The notes under the pieces were generated by a model. That model did not search any database. It was not told where the DNA came from and saw nothing but the letters and a program-made list of their open reading frames with translations. A stretch of 63,897 bases of DNA, filler included, from Candidatus Methanoxibalbensis ujae (GTDB taxonomy: Archaea > Halobacteriota > Syntropharchaeia > Alkanophagales > Methanospirareceae): the NCBI GenBank assembly GCA_026134085.1. It is 4 parts of 4 records of this genome, joined end to end, with 100 filler letters (N's around TTAATTAATTAA, not from the genome) between each part and the next. Parts side by side here need not be neighbours in the genome. Positions count along the whole stretch, not along the records: positions 21,924 to 37,405 come from JAOQIN010000040.1; positions 37,506 to 51,906 come from JAOQIN010000042.1; 2 more parts are not named here. The stretch is one strand, 5' to 3'. The position numbers and the translations under genes were made by a program. This document shows, piece after piece, positions 31,108-40,458 of this stretch (position 1 is the stretch's first letter; each line of letters starts with the position of its first letter).

Positions 31108-31248
31108 ATTGCGTCACCTCCCACCTCCTGTCATCCTCTCATTCTATCATTCCATCATCATATCATCACATCATCCCATCATCATACACTCATCACATCA
31201 TTACCCTGCTGCCAACAAAGCCTCTCCAACAAACACCTCCTCATCTCA

Positions 31249-32565
31249 TCAACCTCCTGCCGCGGGCAGTGAGATGGGTATTTCAATGCTCCCGATATCA
31301 GCGGGGAACCATGCCACCGGTATATAGAGAAAGACAGTGATGAGCGTTATCACAGTGGCTGCCGCGACGATGTAATTTGTGATGTTTGCCTTCCAGCAGG
31401 AGCCGAGCTCACGTGCAAGCCTTATGTAATAGGGGATTGATACAGCCGAGTTCAGCACGAGAATGCCTGCGAGCCAGTATAACCAGTGGAACTGCGCGGC
31501 GAGCGCTGCTGAGACGAGCGAGATCAATATGAAAAATTTCCCCCAGAATCCGAGGAGAGGTGGCACACCGATGAATGAGAAGGAGAGTGTGTACAACAGA
31601 GGAGAGCATGCACCTTCTCCTTTTATCGCGTTGAAGAATCCTATTTTTCCCGCTGCATTTGCGAAGAGAAGCAGAACACCACCGAGAAGCGCGGCCATCT
31701 GAACCTCTTTGTGCGCGTGTGACACAGACACGTGTGACACAGACACAGACACAGCCACAAGACATGTGAGCATATATCCCATGTTTGCAACTGTTGAATA
31801 TGCGAGCACCCTCGCGTGCTCTCTTGCAGTCAGTGCACCTATGTTTCCGACGAACATTGAAAAAGCGGCTATGACAGCGGTTAGCGAAATGGCGGCAATT
31901 TCCACATCAGGAGTGGATGCGAGTATTCTGAATGCAGCGACAAAAGGCACAATCTTGGCAATTGATGCGATCACAGACACCGGAATCGGGTCGGCAGCAG
32001 CGAAAACATCGGGCACCCACTCATGCAGAGGCGCAACACCCACCTCAAGGCTCAATCCAACAACAAGCATAACATATCCAAGTGTGAGCATTATGCCCTC
32101 AGCACCAGATGCTATGATTATAGCACCTATGAGGAAAAGAACGGTCGCAAAAACCATGAAAACAATGTATTTCACACCTATCTCAACATCAACAGCACCT
32201 TCACGGAGCATAACAAGTATGTATGTCGGAACGGACACTATCACAAGCGCAGTGAGCACATATGCAAGGTCATCAGTGTTTAATATAAACATGGTCGCAA
32301 GCGCAATCAGACCGACGAGCCCATAGTCTATGCCCTTTATGTCATTCTGCATCGCTTCAAGCGAGAAAATATTGAGAAGTGAAATTGCAAGAACAAAAAC
32401 AACATATCCAAATGAGCCCGTGATTGAAGACGCAATGAAAGCCACAATAACCGCGATAATTGCCGAGATAAGCCCAAATCTCGAATCTTTATATGATAAT
32501 ACGGCGCCACTGACGAGTATAAGAAGCGAAACAATACCTGCAATCACCCAGATTCCATCGGTCAT
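31249..32565 (-). CDS. fqoN: Fqo subunit N (NuoN-like)
   Basis: APLHEWVPDV, LAYSTVANMGY, IGVPPLLGFWGK; ATGA overlap with the fqoL stop. Confidence 0.9.
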   Translation of the reverse strand: MTDGIWVIAGIVSLLILVSGAVLSYKDSRFGLISAIIAVIVAFIASSITGSFGYVVFVLAISLLNIFSLEAMQNDIKGIDYGLVGLIALATMFILNTDDLAYVLTALVIVSVPTYILVMLREGAVDVEIGVKYIVFMVFATVLFLIGAIIIASGAEGIMLTLGYVMLVVGLSLEVGVAPLHEWVPDVFAAADPIPVSVIASIAKIVPFVAAFRILASTPDVEIAAISLTAVIAAFSMFVGNIGALTAREHARVLAYSTVANMGYMLTCLVAVSVSVSHVSVSHAHKEVQMAALLGGVLLLFANAAGKIGFFNAIKGEGACSPLLYTLSFSFIGVPPLLGFWGKFFILISLVSAALAAQFHWLYWLAGILVLNSAVSIPYYIRLARELGSCWKANITNYIVAAATVITLITVFLYIPVAWFPADIGSIEIPISLPAAGG

Positions 32566-34490
32566 GGCATCACACCCCACAACGCGCCCATTATCAGGAA
32601 AAACATGACAATACCGAGAACAATTTTTGTGTAATCTTTCAGATATCCAGTTTGAATTGCCCTTATCGCTCTTGACATCATATCAAACAATGCGGGCATG
32701 ACTTTCGTGTTGCAGAAAGCATCTATTCCTCTGTTTCCGATGTTCACAGCCTTTGCCACCGAAAATCCTATTGCCGGCGATATGACATCGTTAAGCGCTG
32801 GCAGCAGCATGCGGTCATTGAAGAATGTGCCGATTTTTGATAGAGTCTCTATGCGAGGCTTGAAAACCGCGCCGATATATGCGATTGTCACCGCGATGCC
32901 CACCGCCATTGATGACAGCGCAAGTCCAGCAGCGACAAACTCATGCGTCTCCTCATGTGTGAATATGACATACAGCAGTATGAATACGACGGAGACCATC
33001 ATCAGGTATCCAAGTTTCATGAGAGGACAGCCCTCAACATGCTCGTGATGTGGTCTCCCGCCCCTGAAGAAGTTGAGGCTCAGGAATCTCGCGAGTATTG
33101 CCGAATAGCAAAGTGATGCGGATATCAGCAATAAAAACGGCAGCAGCATTCCGTGCTCAATGAGGTGCTCAAAAACATGGTCCATCGCCGATTTCACCCA
33201 GTATGCTGTGAGCGGCGGTATGCCCACGAGGAATGTTGTTGCTATGACAGTTGCAGCGAATGCGGGTTTCATCTTCATCGCAAACTCAGAATCTCCCTCC
33301 GAGAACCTGCCGTGAGTGGCGTGGATGAGATGTCCGCTGACGAGGAAAAGAGTTGCCTTCGCGAATGCGTGAACCGCCATATACCAGAAAGCAACGAGAA
33401 GAGCGAGGTTTATTCCATCGGGATGAATCCAGTATGAGGCTGCCGCAGTTCCGAACATCAGGCCAAGCGAGCTCATGGTTGATGCAGCGAGAAGCACCTT
33501 TCGCTCAAGCATTCCTGTTGCGACGAGAGCACCGTACAGCGCGGATATCAGACCCACAAAGAGAACAAACATGTAAACAAACTCCAGACCGGGAACATCG
33601 TGCAAATGCCACGGTTTGATATACCAGCTCACTTTAATGAAGACGAAAGCTCCTGCTGCCACCATCGTTGCGCTGTGAAGCAGTGCGCTGACTGTCGTGG
33701 GACCTGTCATCGCTGTCATAAGCCACTCGCTGAAGGGAAGCTGCGCTGATTTCGTGAACAAACCGAGGAGGAACATGGTGAAAATGATTATTGTGCCCGC
33801 AGTTCCAGCCTTTAAAAATAAAGATTCCCAGTCAATCTCAGAAATGTTGAGGTTATGCCCCTCCGAGAGCATCCATATCGCTGCGATGGCGAGGAACATG
33901 GGCACATCTCCAAACCTTATCGTTGAGATCGCACGCCACCCTCCAAGACTCGGCGGCCACCAGAGCTTCAGCGGTCCCAAACGCCTCTCAGGCACGCCAA
34001 CAAATGTGATGTCGTCATCATCACGATACCAGTGCCCGATAAGTCCCCAGGATGCAATTCCGAGGCCCTCCCAGCCGACAAAGAGAAGGAAAAGATTGTC
34101 ACTGTAAACGACAAGAAGCATTGATGCGGTGAAAAGGTTGAAAAAGAACCAATACCATGGCAGTCTGTAATCATCTTTCATGTAATCAAGCCCATAAACT
34201 GCAATAATAAATGCGATTAATGCTGTTATCACGCCCATACTCGCACTTAAATAGTCAATACGAAGCACCATGTCTATGCCGAGTTGAGGTATCCATTCGT
34301 AAGAGAATGACTTGTCCATGAACTCTTCATGGAAAAGTATGTAGAGGCTGCAGACAAGCGAGATGAATATGCCCGCGACTGAGACAGGTGGCAATTTCCG
34401 CACAATATCCTCGCGTCTGTATGCCAGAGCGATTGGGATGCTGCTCAACACAGGTACAAGGAACAGAACGGGAAAAATCCATTCGTTCAA
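32562..34490 (-). CDS. fqoL: Fqo subunit L (NuoL-like)
   Basis: GWEGLG, KSAQLPF..WL..AMTGPTTVSALLHSATMVAAG, HAFAKA.LFL. Confidence 0.92.
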   Translation of the reverse strand: MNEWIFPVLFLVPVLSSIPIALAYRREDIVRKLPPVSVAGIFISLVCSLYILFHEEFMDKSFSYEWIPQLGIDMVLRIDYLSASMGVITALIAFIIAVYGLDYMKDDYRLPWYWFFFNLFTASMLLVVYSDNLFLLFVGWEGLGIASWGLIGHWYRDDDDITFVGVPERRLGPLKLWWPPSLGGWRAISTIRFGDVPMFLAIAAIWMLSEGHNLNISEIDWESLFLKAGTAGTIIIFTMFLLGLFTKSAQLPFSEWLMTAMTGPTTVSALLHSATMVAAGAFVFIKVSWYIKPWHLHDVPGLEFVYMFVLFVGLISALYGALVATGMLERKVLLAASTMSSLGLMFGTAAASYWIHPDGINLALLVAFWYMAVHAFAKATLFLVSGHLIHATHGRFSEGDSEFAMKMKPAFAATVIATTFLVGIPPLTAYWVKSAMDHVFEHLIEHGMLLPFLLLISASLCYSAILARFLSLNFFRGGRPHHEHVEGCPLMKLGYLMMVSVVFILLYVIFTHEETHEFVAAGLALSSMAVGIAVTIAYIGAVFKPRIETLSKIGTFFNDRMLLPALNDVISPAIGFSVAKAVNIGNRGIDAFCNTKVMPALFDMMSRAIRAIQTGYLKDYTKIVLGIVMFFLIMGALWGVMP

Positions 34491-35989
34491 GGCAAGAGAC
34501 CACCTCCCACAGCAGCAGAAGCGGAAACACCGCCACTCACAACACTACTACCGCCCATGCCGACCGCTTTGAACAGCTCGGGGACCCATGCGGAGGAGAA
34601 AGGTGGGAAGAAGAAAAGCACGGAAAGGGCGCCGAGAACGAAGAGCGGAACAAACAGATATGCGCTCATGTGAGATGCCGCGACTGAGGAGCGCGGTCTT
34701 CCGTAGAACACCTTGCGCATAGTGTAAAATCCATACCATCCCGACAGGATGAAAATGAAGACAACAGGCAACAGATATGCGAGATTCATGCCAAAAGCCT
34801 CCACAACCCCTCTCAATATGAAGAACTCGCCGAACATTCCGACGGTCAGAATTCCAGCGAGATTCATGAACCCCATCACGGCAGCATTTGAAATCTCAGG
34901 CACAACATCGTGAAGACCGCCCATCTTCTCAATGTCTCGCATTCCGAAAAGCGCGATCAGACCTCCAGCTGAGCAGAACAGGATTGACTTGCCGAATGCA
35001 TGCGACATGTATTGTATTGAAACTCCCATCGCACCGAACTTCGCAGCTTCTCCGCCAGCACCGAGAAGACACAGCGCAATCAGAATGTAGCCCATCTGTG
35101 AGACGGTTGAATATGCGAGAAGTCGCTTGAAATCTGTCTGAACAAACACAGAAAATCCCGCATAAATGCTTGAAATCGCAGCGTAAATGAATATCGGAAC
35201 GGTGAAAACTTTGAAGAAAACGGCATCAATAAGCGCAACCCTCAACATAATATATCCAGCGAGTCCGACAGTAAGAGGAGAAAGCAAAGCACTAACAGGC
35301 GTCGGCGCCTCCGCATGCGCCCATGGCAGCCATACATGCGGACCAAGTCCGGGAAGTTCAATTATCATGCCCGCAAATATAAAAGCCCACGCAACTATTC
35401 CCACCCTTTCAATGGCATCAAGCGAGAGCGTCCCGTTCTCAGATGCAATTATCAGAAATCCAACAAGCGTCAGAACGCCGGCAATACAGCACCATATCAG
35501 ATACAGAATGCCGACCCACTGCCTGTTGCCATATCCATACATGTATATCAGAAGGAACGCGGTGATGAGCATGATTTCAAGGAAGACATACAGCATTATC
35601 AGATTGCCACAGTGAACGAGCCAGAGCATGGAAGCAGCATACAGATTGTATATGAACACATACTTCCTGAACTCCTCCTCAACATTGACCCCCATCTCTC
35701 TGAAGCGATGCTCCATGTAAGGGAGCGCATAAAGCGCGACCATGGCAGAAACAGCGCATATTGAGAGTGAAAAAATTGCTGAGATCCCATCCACGAAAAT
35801 ATAGAACTCACCCACTGGAGCAGGCGCGCTGAAGATAATCTCTCTCGGAGGAAATCCCGCAAACAGGTAATAAAGAACGCCGAAGAAAGGAACTGAAAAC
35901 GCTATTGAGGAGAGCCATGATGCAGCTCTCGGCGATAACAAAGGTGCAATGAACACAGCAACCAGAGGAACAAGAAGCAGAAATATCAT
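34487..35989 (-). CDS. fqoM: Fqo subunit M (NuoM-like)
   Basis: HVWLPWAHAEAPTPVSALLS, DFKRLLAYSTVSQMGY, SHAFGKS. Confidence 0.92.
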   Translation of the reverse strand: MIFLLLVPLVAVFIAPLLSPRAASWLSSIAFSVPFFGVLYYLFAGFPPREIIFSAPAPVGEFYIFVDGISAIFSLSICAVSAMVALYALPYMEHRFREMGVNVEEEFRKYVFIYNLYAASMLWLVHCGNLIMLYVFLEIMLITAFLLIYMYGYGNRQWVGILYLIWCCIAGVLTLVGFLIIASENGTLSLDAIERVGIVAWAFIFAGMIIELPGLGPHVWLPWAHAEAPTPVSALLSPLTVGLAGYIMLRVALIDAVFFKVFTVPIFIYAAISSIYAGFSVFVQTDFKRLLAYSTVSQMGYILIALCLLGAGGEAAKFGAMGVSIQYMSHAFGKSILFCSAGGLIALFGMRDIEKMGGLHDVVPEISNAAVMGFMNLAGILTVGMFGEFFILRGVVEAFGMNLAYLLPVVFIFILSGWYGFYTMRKVFYGRPRSSVAASHMSAYLFVPLFVLGALSVLFFFPPFSSAWVPELFKAVGMGGSSVVSGGVSASAAVGGGLLP

Positions 35990-36453
35990 ACGCCGCGATC
36001 ACCTCCCTCACGCACGAGATCAGCATCTGTGCTCTTTTTCCGACTGTCAAACATCACTATCGCAGCTATCAGAATGAGAAGCTCTCCACTGCTCACGAAC
36101 ACTGTGAGAATTGCTATCGCAAAAGGCACTGAGGCAGCTGCATGACCTGAGGAAAGAGAGAACATCGGTATGAGCGACAGAAAAACAGCGCCAAACATCA
36201 TCTCAAGCGATATAAGCAGCCTGATGAGGTCTCTGCTTGATATCGCAGTCAGATACGCAATGAGAAGAACCGTGAACGCCGCGGTGTATATCAGAGATGC
36301 AGAGACATCATTCATCACAGGCACACCTGTTCCTTCGCCAGCTTTTTCCTCCCCGCTGGCAGCCGCGGCATTCGCCACAATGACAGCCGCTGACAGAATC
36401 ATGAGAGCGAAAGACAGCACTTTCCCGTTCCGAGATGCGCACAGCGATCTCAT
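35986..36453 (-). CDS. fqoK: Fqo subunit K (NuoK-like) with N-terminal extension
   Basis: RDLIRLLISLEMM, SSGE; position in operon. Confidence 0.82.
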   Translation of the reverse strand: MRSLCASRNGKVLSFALMILSAAVIVANAAAASGEEKAGEGTGVPVMNDVSASLIYTAAFTVLLIAYLTAISSRDLIRLLISLEMMFGAVFLSLIPMFSLSSGHAAASVPFAIAILTVFVSSGELLILIAAIVMFDSRKKSTDADLVREGGDRGV

Positions 36454-36911
36454 GGCAACCTCCTGTACATTCTCAAGATCGCAGATACAAGCAGAACAAC
36501 AAGGGATATGAGGAAAAGGATGAGAAGGATGCGGTCGATCATGAGAAAATTCTGTATATCAAATGACACCTGATTGGAGAAATGTAAATGTGCTTCCCAC
36601 AGAGAGTATCCAAGTACAACAGCAGTCAAAGCTGCTGGAGGAACCCATACATATGAAAGCTGTCTCTCAGGGGGTCTTCTGTATGTCGCAGCAAGTGCGA
36701 CAGTCACAATACCTATCGCACCCACAAACACAAATGCAATCAGAACAAACGCCGCATCAATGCCGAAAACAGCATAGCACGATGCTATGAAAGTCATCAT
36801 GAGCGCCATGTATATCGCAGCATAAAAATTATCCTTCGTCAGCAAAACACCAAAAGCTGCAAGAACAGCAAAACACAGAACAACAGACAGAAGCACCGCC
36901 TCCACGCTCAT
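36450..36911 (-). CDS. fqoJ: Fqo subunit J (NuoJ-like)
   Basis: FVFVGAIGIV, hydrophobic helices, first gene of the operon. Confidence 0.82.
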   Translation of the reverse strand: MSVEAVLLSVVLCFAVLAAFGVLLTKDNFYAAIYMALMMTFIASCYAVFGIDAAFVLIAFVFVGAIGIVTVALAATYRRPPERQLSYVWVPPAALTAVVLGYSLWEAHLHFSNQVSFDIQNFLMIDRILLILFLISLVVLLVSAILRMYRRLP

Positions 36912-36933
36912 GTCTCAAATCCTCCCACACAAT

Positions 36934-36977
36934 AACTTAAAAAGCTTACGGTTTTTTTGCCGCTGCACGGCAAAAAA
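36934..36977 (-). promoter_or_regulatory. Putative fqo promoter: TATA-like TTTTTAAG plus an upstream 10-bp inverted repeat
   Basis: Minus-strand TTTTTAAG about 25-30 nt before the fqoJ ATG; TTTTTTGCCG-N5-CGGCAAAAAA palindrome just upstream. Confidence 0.5.
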
Positions 36978-37028
36978 GCGGACCCTCCCGCCGCCTCAAA
37001 CGGGAAAATAAGTCACACAAAAATTCCG

Positions 37029-37058
37029 AAAAAAATAGGGAGGGGATAAACCCCCTTT
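37029..37058 (-). terminator. Putative terminator of the PGF-CTERM gene
   Basis: Minus strand GGGG-TTTAT-CCCC hairpin followed by a T7 tract shortly after the stop. Confidence 0.5.
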
Positions 37059-37070
37059 TAACCTCCTGAT

Positions 37071-37405
37071 CTATCTCCTTCGCAGCACCAGATATGCAAC
37101 TGCGAGCAACCCCGCAACTGCGAAAAACACCTCAAAGCCCGGCGTCGGTGATGGCGATGGTGATGGTGTCGGCGTTGGTGTCGGCGTCACACCAGGAGAG
37201 ACTGTCGGTGATGGCGTTGGCGAAGGCGTTGGCGTCGGTGACTCTGTCGGTGATGGCGATGGTGATGGTGTCGGCGTCGGGACTGCTGCCAAAATTTCAA
37301 CTGTGATTGTGTCTGTGTTACCATCTCCATCATCTGCTTCGAGCGTGTATGTGCCCGGGATTGCATCTGTTGTATCAATGGTCGCCTCAAATATCGCCTC
37401 ATCCT
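37071..37405 (-). CDS. PGF-CTERM cell-surface glycoprotein, 3' fragment (5' lost at contig end)
   Basis: ...[21 protein letters not shown], Pro/Thr/Ser linker, PGFE + TM + RRR (archaeosortase A signal). Confidence 0.9.
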
Positions 37406-37505
37406 NNNNNNNNNNNNNNNNNNNNNNNNNNNNNNNNNNNNNNNNNNNNTTAATTAATTAANNNNNNNNNNNNNNNNNNNNNNNNNNNNNNNNNNNNNNN
37501 NNNNN
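37406..37505. other. Artificial contig linker
   Basis: 44 N + TTAATTAATTAA + 44 N. Confidence 0.98.
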
Positions 37506-37506
37506 C

Positions 37507-37716
37507 GACACCGCCGGAAAAGGCGTGGTAGTGGCGATAGGCGACGAGTGGCTGTGGAGTAAATGGCGCTTCAACAAATGGGAAAACGAAGAGCTTCTGG
37601 ACAACATCCTCGCATATTTCAGAAGAACATGTTCGGTTCCAGAATTCTCAACGCCGACCTTTTTGATTCCTGTATTCTTGCTCGCAGTATTGTTTCTCTT
37701 CAGGAGAAAAGGATGA
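37507..37716 (+). CDS. PEF-CTERM protein, 3' fragment
   Basis: GKGVVVAIGD...NILAYF, then VPEF + TM + RRK sorting signal. Confidence 0.82.
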   Translation, partial: DTAGKGVVVAIGDEWLWSKWRFNKWENEELLDNILAYFRRTCSVPEFSTPTFLIPVFLLAVLFLFRRKG

Positions 37717-37889
37717 GTCTTCGGATGAGAAACTGTGAGTTGTATGCGGTAAATCCTTTCCTTTTTTTCTCATGATTTAAATGATGTGGACATCAGACTT
37801 TTCAGTGTTGTGTCTCCTGCTGCGTAGGAAGAAGCGTTGGATGAGCGCCTTCTGAATGATATAAATATTAGAAGGGTTCATGAAAACAC

Positions 37890-38411
37890 ATGAAGGGTAG
37901 GAAAAGATTTCATATATTTCTGTGCATGACACTCGGATATGCATGTTTTCTCTTCTATTTATCTTCGCTATCAAATCCGCCAGAGCCTCCGGACATCCGC
38001 CTCTTTTTCGGTATTGTGAGTGTTCTTGAGGATTTAGGCATGAAGTTTCTTGTCATTCCATTTTATATCGCTTACAGAAATCCCGATAAGGTCGCTCATT
38101 TCTTCCTTTACATGATTTTCGGCTTCTTTCTCCATCCCACAATCAGCACTTCAGGGAACAGCGTGCTCAGCAAATATGCTGCGCCCTTATCTATATTCAT
38201 AGGCTCCATATACGGGCTTTCAGATGAATTTCATCAGTCATTCGTGCCTTATAGAAGTGCGAGCATGCTTGATTTCCTCGCAGATTTCTTCGGGCTGCTC
38301 TTCTCTCAAATCCTCATATTCTCATATTTCGGCATCCAAAGGATAAAGAGAAAAATAAGAGAAGGAACGGAAAGGGAAGAGGAGGAAGAAGAGAAGGCTT
38401 TGGAAGTGTAG
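37890..38411 (+). CDS. VanZ-family membrane protein
   Basis: DKVAHFFLY, YGLSDEFHQSFVPYR.AS..D..AD. Confidence 0.88.
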   Translation: MKGRKRFHIFLCMTLGYACFLFYLSSLSNPPEPPDIRLFFGIVSVLEDLGMKFLVIPFYIAYRNPDKVAHFFLYMIFGFFLHPTISTSGNSVLSKYAAPLSIFIGSIYGLSDEFHQSFVPYRSASMLDFLADFFGLLFSQILIFSYFGIQRIKRKIREGTEREEEEEEKALEV

Positions 38412-38434
38412 ATGCGAGCAGGGGAGATAGGGAT

Positions 38435-38878
38435 ATGATAGACATCTTAGGCATATTAAGGGTAATCTTCGGACTTCTATTTCTTTTTTTTGTTCCCGGT
38501 TTCGCATTATTGCTTGCTATATTTCCGAAGAAGGAATTGAGTATTGCGGAGAGGATAGGTTTTTCTGGAGCATTAAGCATCGTTGCAGACATGCTTACTG
38601 TCCTATTCATAGATTTAGTGCTTCATATTCCGACAACAGCGTTGAATATTGTTTTGTCGTTGCTCACACTCACCGCTTTTGCACTCATTATTTGGCGATT
38701 GGAATTATTTTTCTTAAAATTAAAGGAGAAAGAGAGGGGAGGAGGAAGAAGAGAGACACGAGAGGAGGAAGGTAAGGGTGTAGAGACACAGAGAGGAAAA
38801 TGGGAGGGAGAGCTGAGGAAGAAAAAGGAGGGGGAAAGTAGGAAGGAAACGGAAAAGAGAACGGAGAGTGAGGGATAA
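38435..38878 (+). CDS. DUF1616-like membrane protein
   Basis: FFVPGFA...IFP...L...ERI..S.ALSI; charged tail. Confidence 0.7.
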   Translation: MIDILGILRVIFGLLFLFFVPGFALLLAIFPKKELSIAERIGFSGALSIVADMLTVLFIDLVLHIPTTALNIVLSLLTLTAFALIIWRLELFFLKLKEKERGGGRRETREEEGKGVETQRGKWEGELRKKKEGESRKETEKRTESEG

Positions 38879-38881
38879 GAG

Positions 38882-40456
38882 ATGGATATAAAGGAATTCA
38901 CACGATTGATTTCCTCTCGTAAGCTGAAAGCGAGACAGATGGCGAATTTGAGTAAGATAAAAAATATTTCAGAGAAATTTCACAGGGAGGCGGGGACATA
39001 CGATGAAGTGAAGGAAGTTTTTGAGCGTGAAATCACAAAAGATACAATTGTCCTTGAATCCGGACATCAGCCGAATTTCTTTCCATATGCTGGCGTATGG
39101 AAGAAGGCGTTCTTGCTCGCTTTTTTTGATAAAATGCTCGCTGAATATGGTAGAGAAAGCATTCCTCTTTTCGGTTTCTTCGACTATAACCTATGCACTG
39201 CGAGATTTTTATATAAGAACAGAATACCTTTTGCGAGGAAGGGAGGATACGAGGCGATAGGATTCAAAATTTCAAGGGAAGAGCAGTGGAAGAGGTTCAA
39301 TGCCATAGATAAACCACCTGAAGATGAATGGCGTAAAGAGATAGAGCGAATAAAAGGGATTTACAGGAAGGCGATGGAGGGAGCGAAAGGAATAGCAGTA
39401 GAAGATGAAACGGAGCATCTGAACATGTTAGAGGAAGAGATGTGGAAGAGTTACGAGCTTGCTGACAAATTTTCGGATGTGAATGCGTTCATTTTCTCAA
39501 GAATTTGCAATCGTATAATGGGATTGAAAGTCATTTTTTTCAGATATTCGGATGTTCAGAGCGCAAAAATATTTATTGATGAATGGGAGCGTGTGATTTC
39601 TGATATTGAAAGATATAACAGGATGCATAATGAGGTTGTGAGGCGAAGGGGTTTGGAAGATATAGGATATTGCGATGCGAATTCTATCCCTTTTTGGTAT
39701 CATTGTGATTGCGGTGGAAAAGTTCCTCTTTATTTGAGCGGTGATAAATGGGTGGGTGAATGTCCGGTTTGCCATAAGAAAGAAGAGATAGATAAGAATT
39801 TGAGTGAAATTTTCAGCAGAGTGAGTCCGAGGGCGGTGCTGAGAAATCTCGTCTTTTCCGAGGGTTTGGGGACATCGCTTTTCATTTCAGGCGCAGGCGG
39901 AGGTCTGAGATACGGAATCATATCAAATGAGATTTCCAGGGCGATGGGTCTCAATCTTCCGATAACGCTTGTGTGGTCTGGTAAAGATTACTATTTGGGA
40001 GCGGTGCATAGAGCGGTTCTGAAGCAGTTATGCTCATTTTTCCTCATGAATTACGAAGATATTTTGAGCGAGGAAAGAGCGGTTTTGAAGGTGCGAGAGC
40101 AGAGGAATGCATTTGCAGATGAGATAAAAAATGGTGAAGAGGATGTCATTCGTAGATATAGCAGATTGTATCTGTTCTCTGACACATTGCTGAAAATAGC
40201 CAAAGATGTTTTTTCTATAATTCCTTCTGTTTTTGACTTGTTCGTTGCTGTCGGGCCGAGAAGGATTTTGGATATGTGGCACAAAACACTTGAGGATTCC
40301 GAGATAAGAGAGGGTGAGTTTTACAGAATAGAAAAGGATGTTGTTTATGGTGAAAATATCGTGCATATTTATGAAACTATAAAAAGAATAGGAGAGAGGA
40401 GTGAGGAAATAGACCCATTAGGAATGTTCAATAAGCATAATAAGTCAAAGGGATAG
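38882..40456 (+). CDS. Hypothetical 524-aa protein, BshC/WbqC-like nucleotidyltransferase-fold ligase candidate
   Basis: ESGHQPNFFPYAGVWKK motif, CxC...CxxC zinc knuckle, PRAV..NL..., SGAGGG..Y; size similar to BshC. Confidence 0.5.
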   Translation: MDIKEFTRLISSRKLKARQMANLSKIKNISEKFHREAGTYDEVKEVFEREITKDTIVLESGHQPNFFPYAGVWKKAFLLAFFDKMLAEYGRESIPLFGFFDYNLCTARFLYKNRIPFARKGGYEAIGFKISREEQWKRFNAIDKPPEDEWRKEIERIKGIYRKAMEGAKGIAVEDETEHLNMLEEEMWKSYELADKFSDVNAFIFSRICNRIMGLKVIFFRYSDVQSAKIFIDEWERVISDIERYNRMHNEVVRRRGLEDIGYCDANSIPFWYHCDCGGKVPLYLSGDKWVGECPVCHKKEEIDKNLSEIFSRVSPRAVLRNLVFSEGLGTSLFISGAGGGLRYGIISNEISRAMGLNLPITLVWSGKDYYLGAVHRAVLKQLCSFFLMNYEDILSEERAVLKVREQRNAFADEIKNGEEDVIRRYSRLYLFSDTLLKIAKDVFSIIPSVFDLFVAVGPRRILDMWHKTLEDSEIREGEFYRIEKDVVYGENIVHIYETIKRIGERSEEIDPLGMFNKHNKSKG

Positions 40457-40458
40457 AT

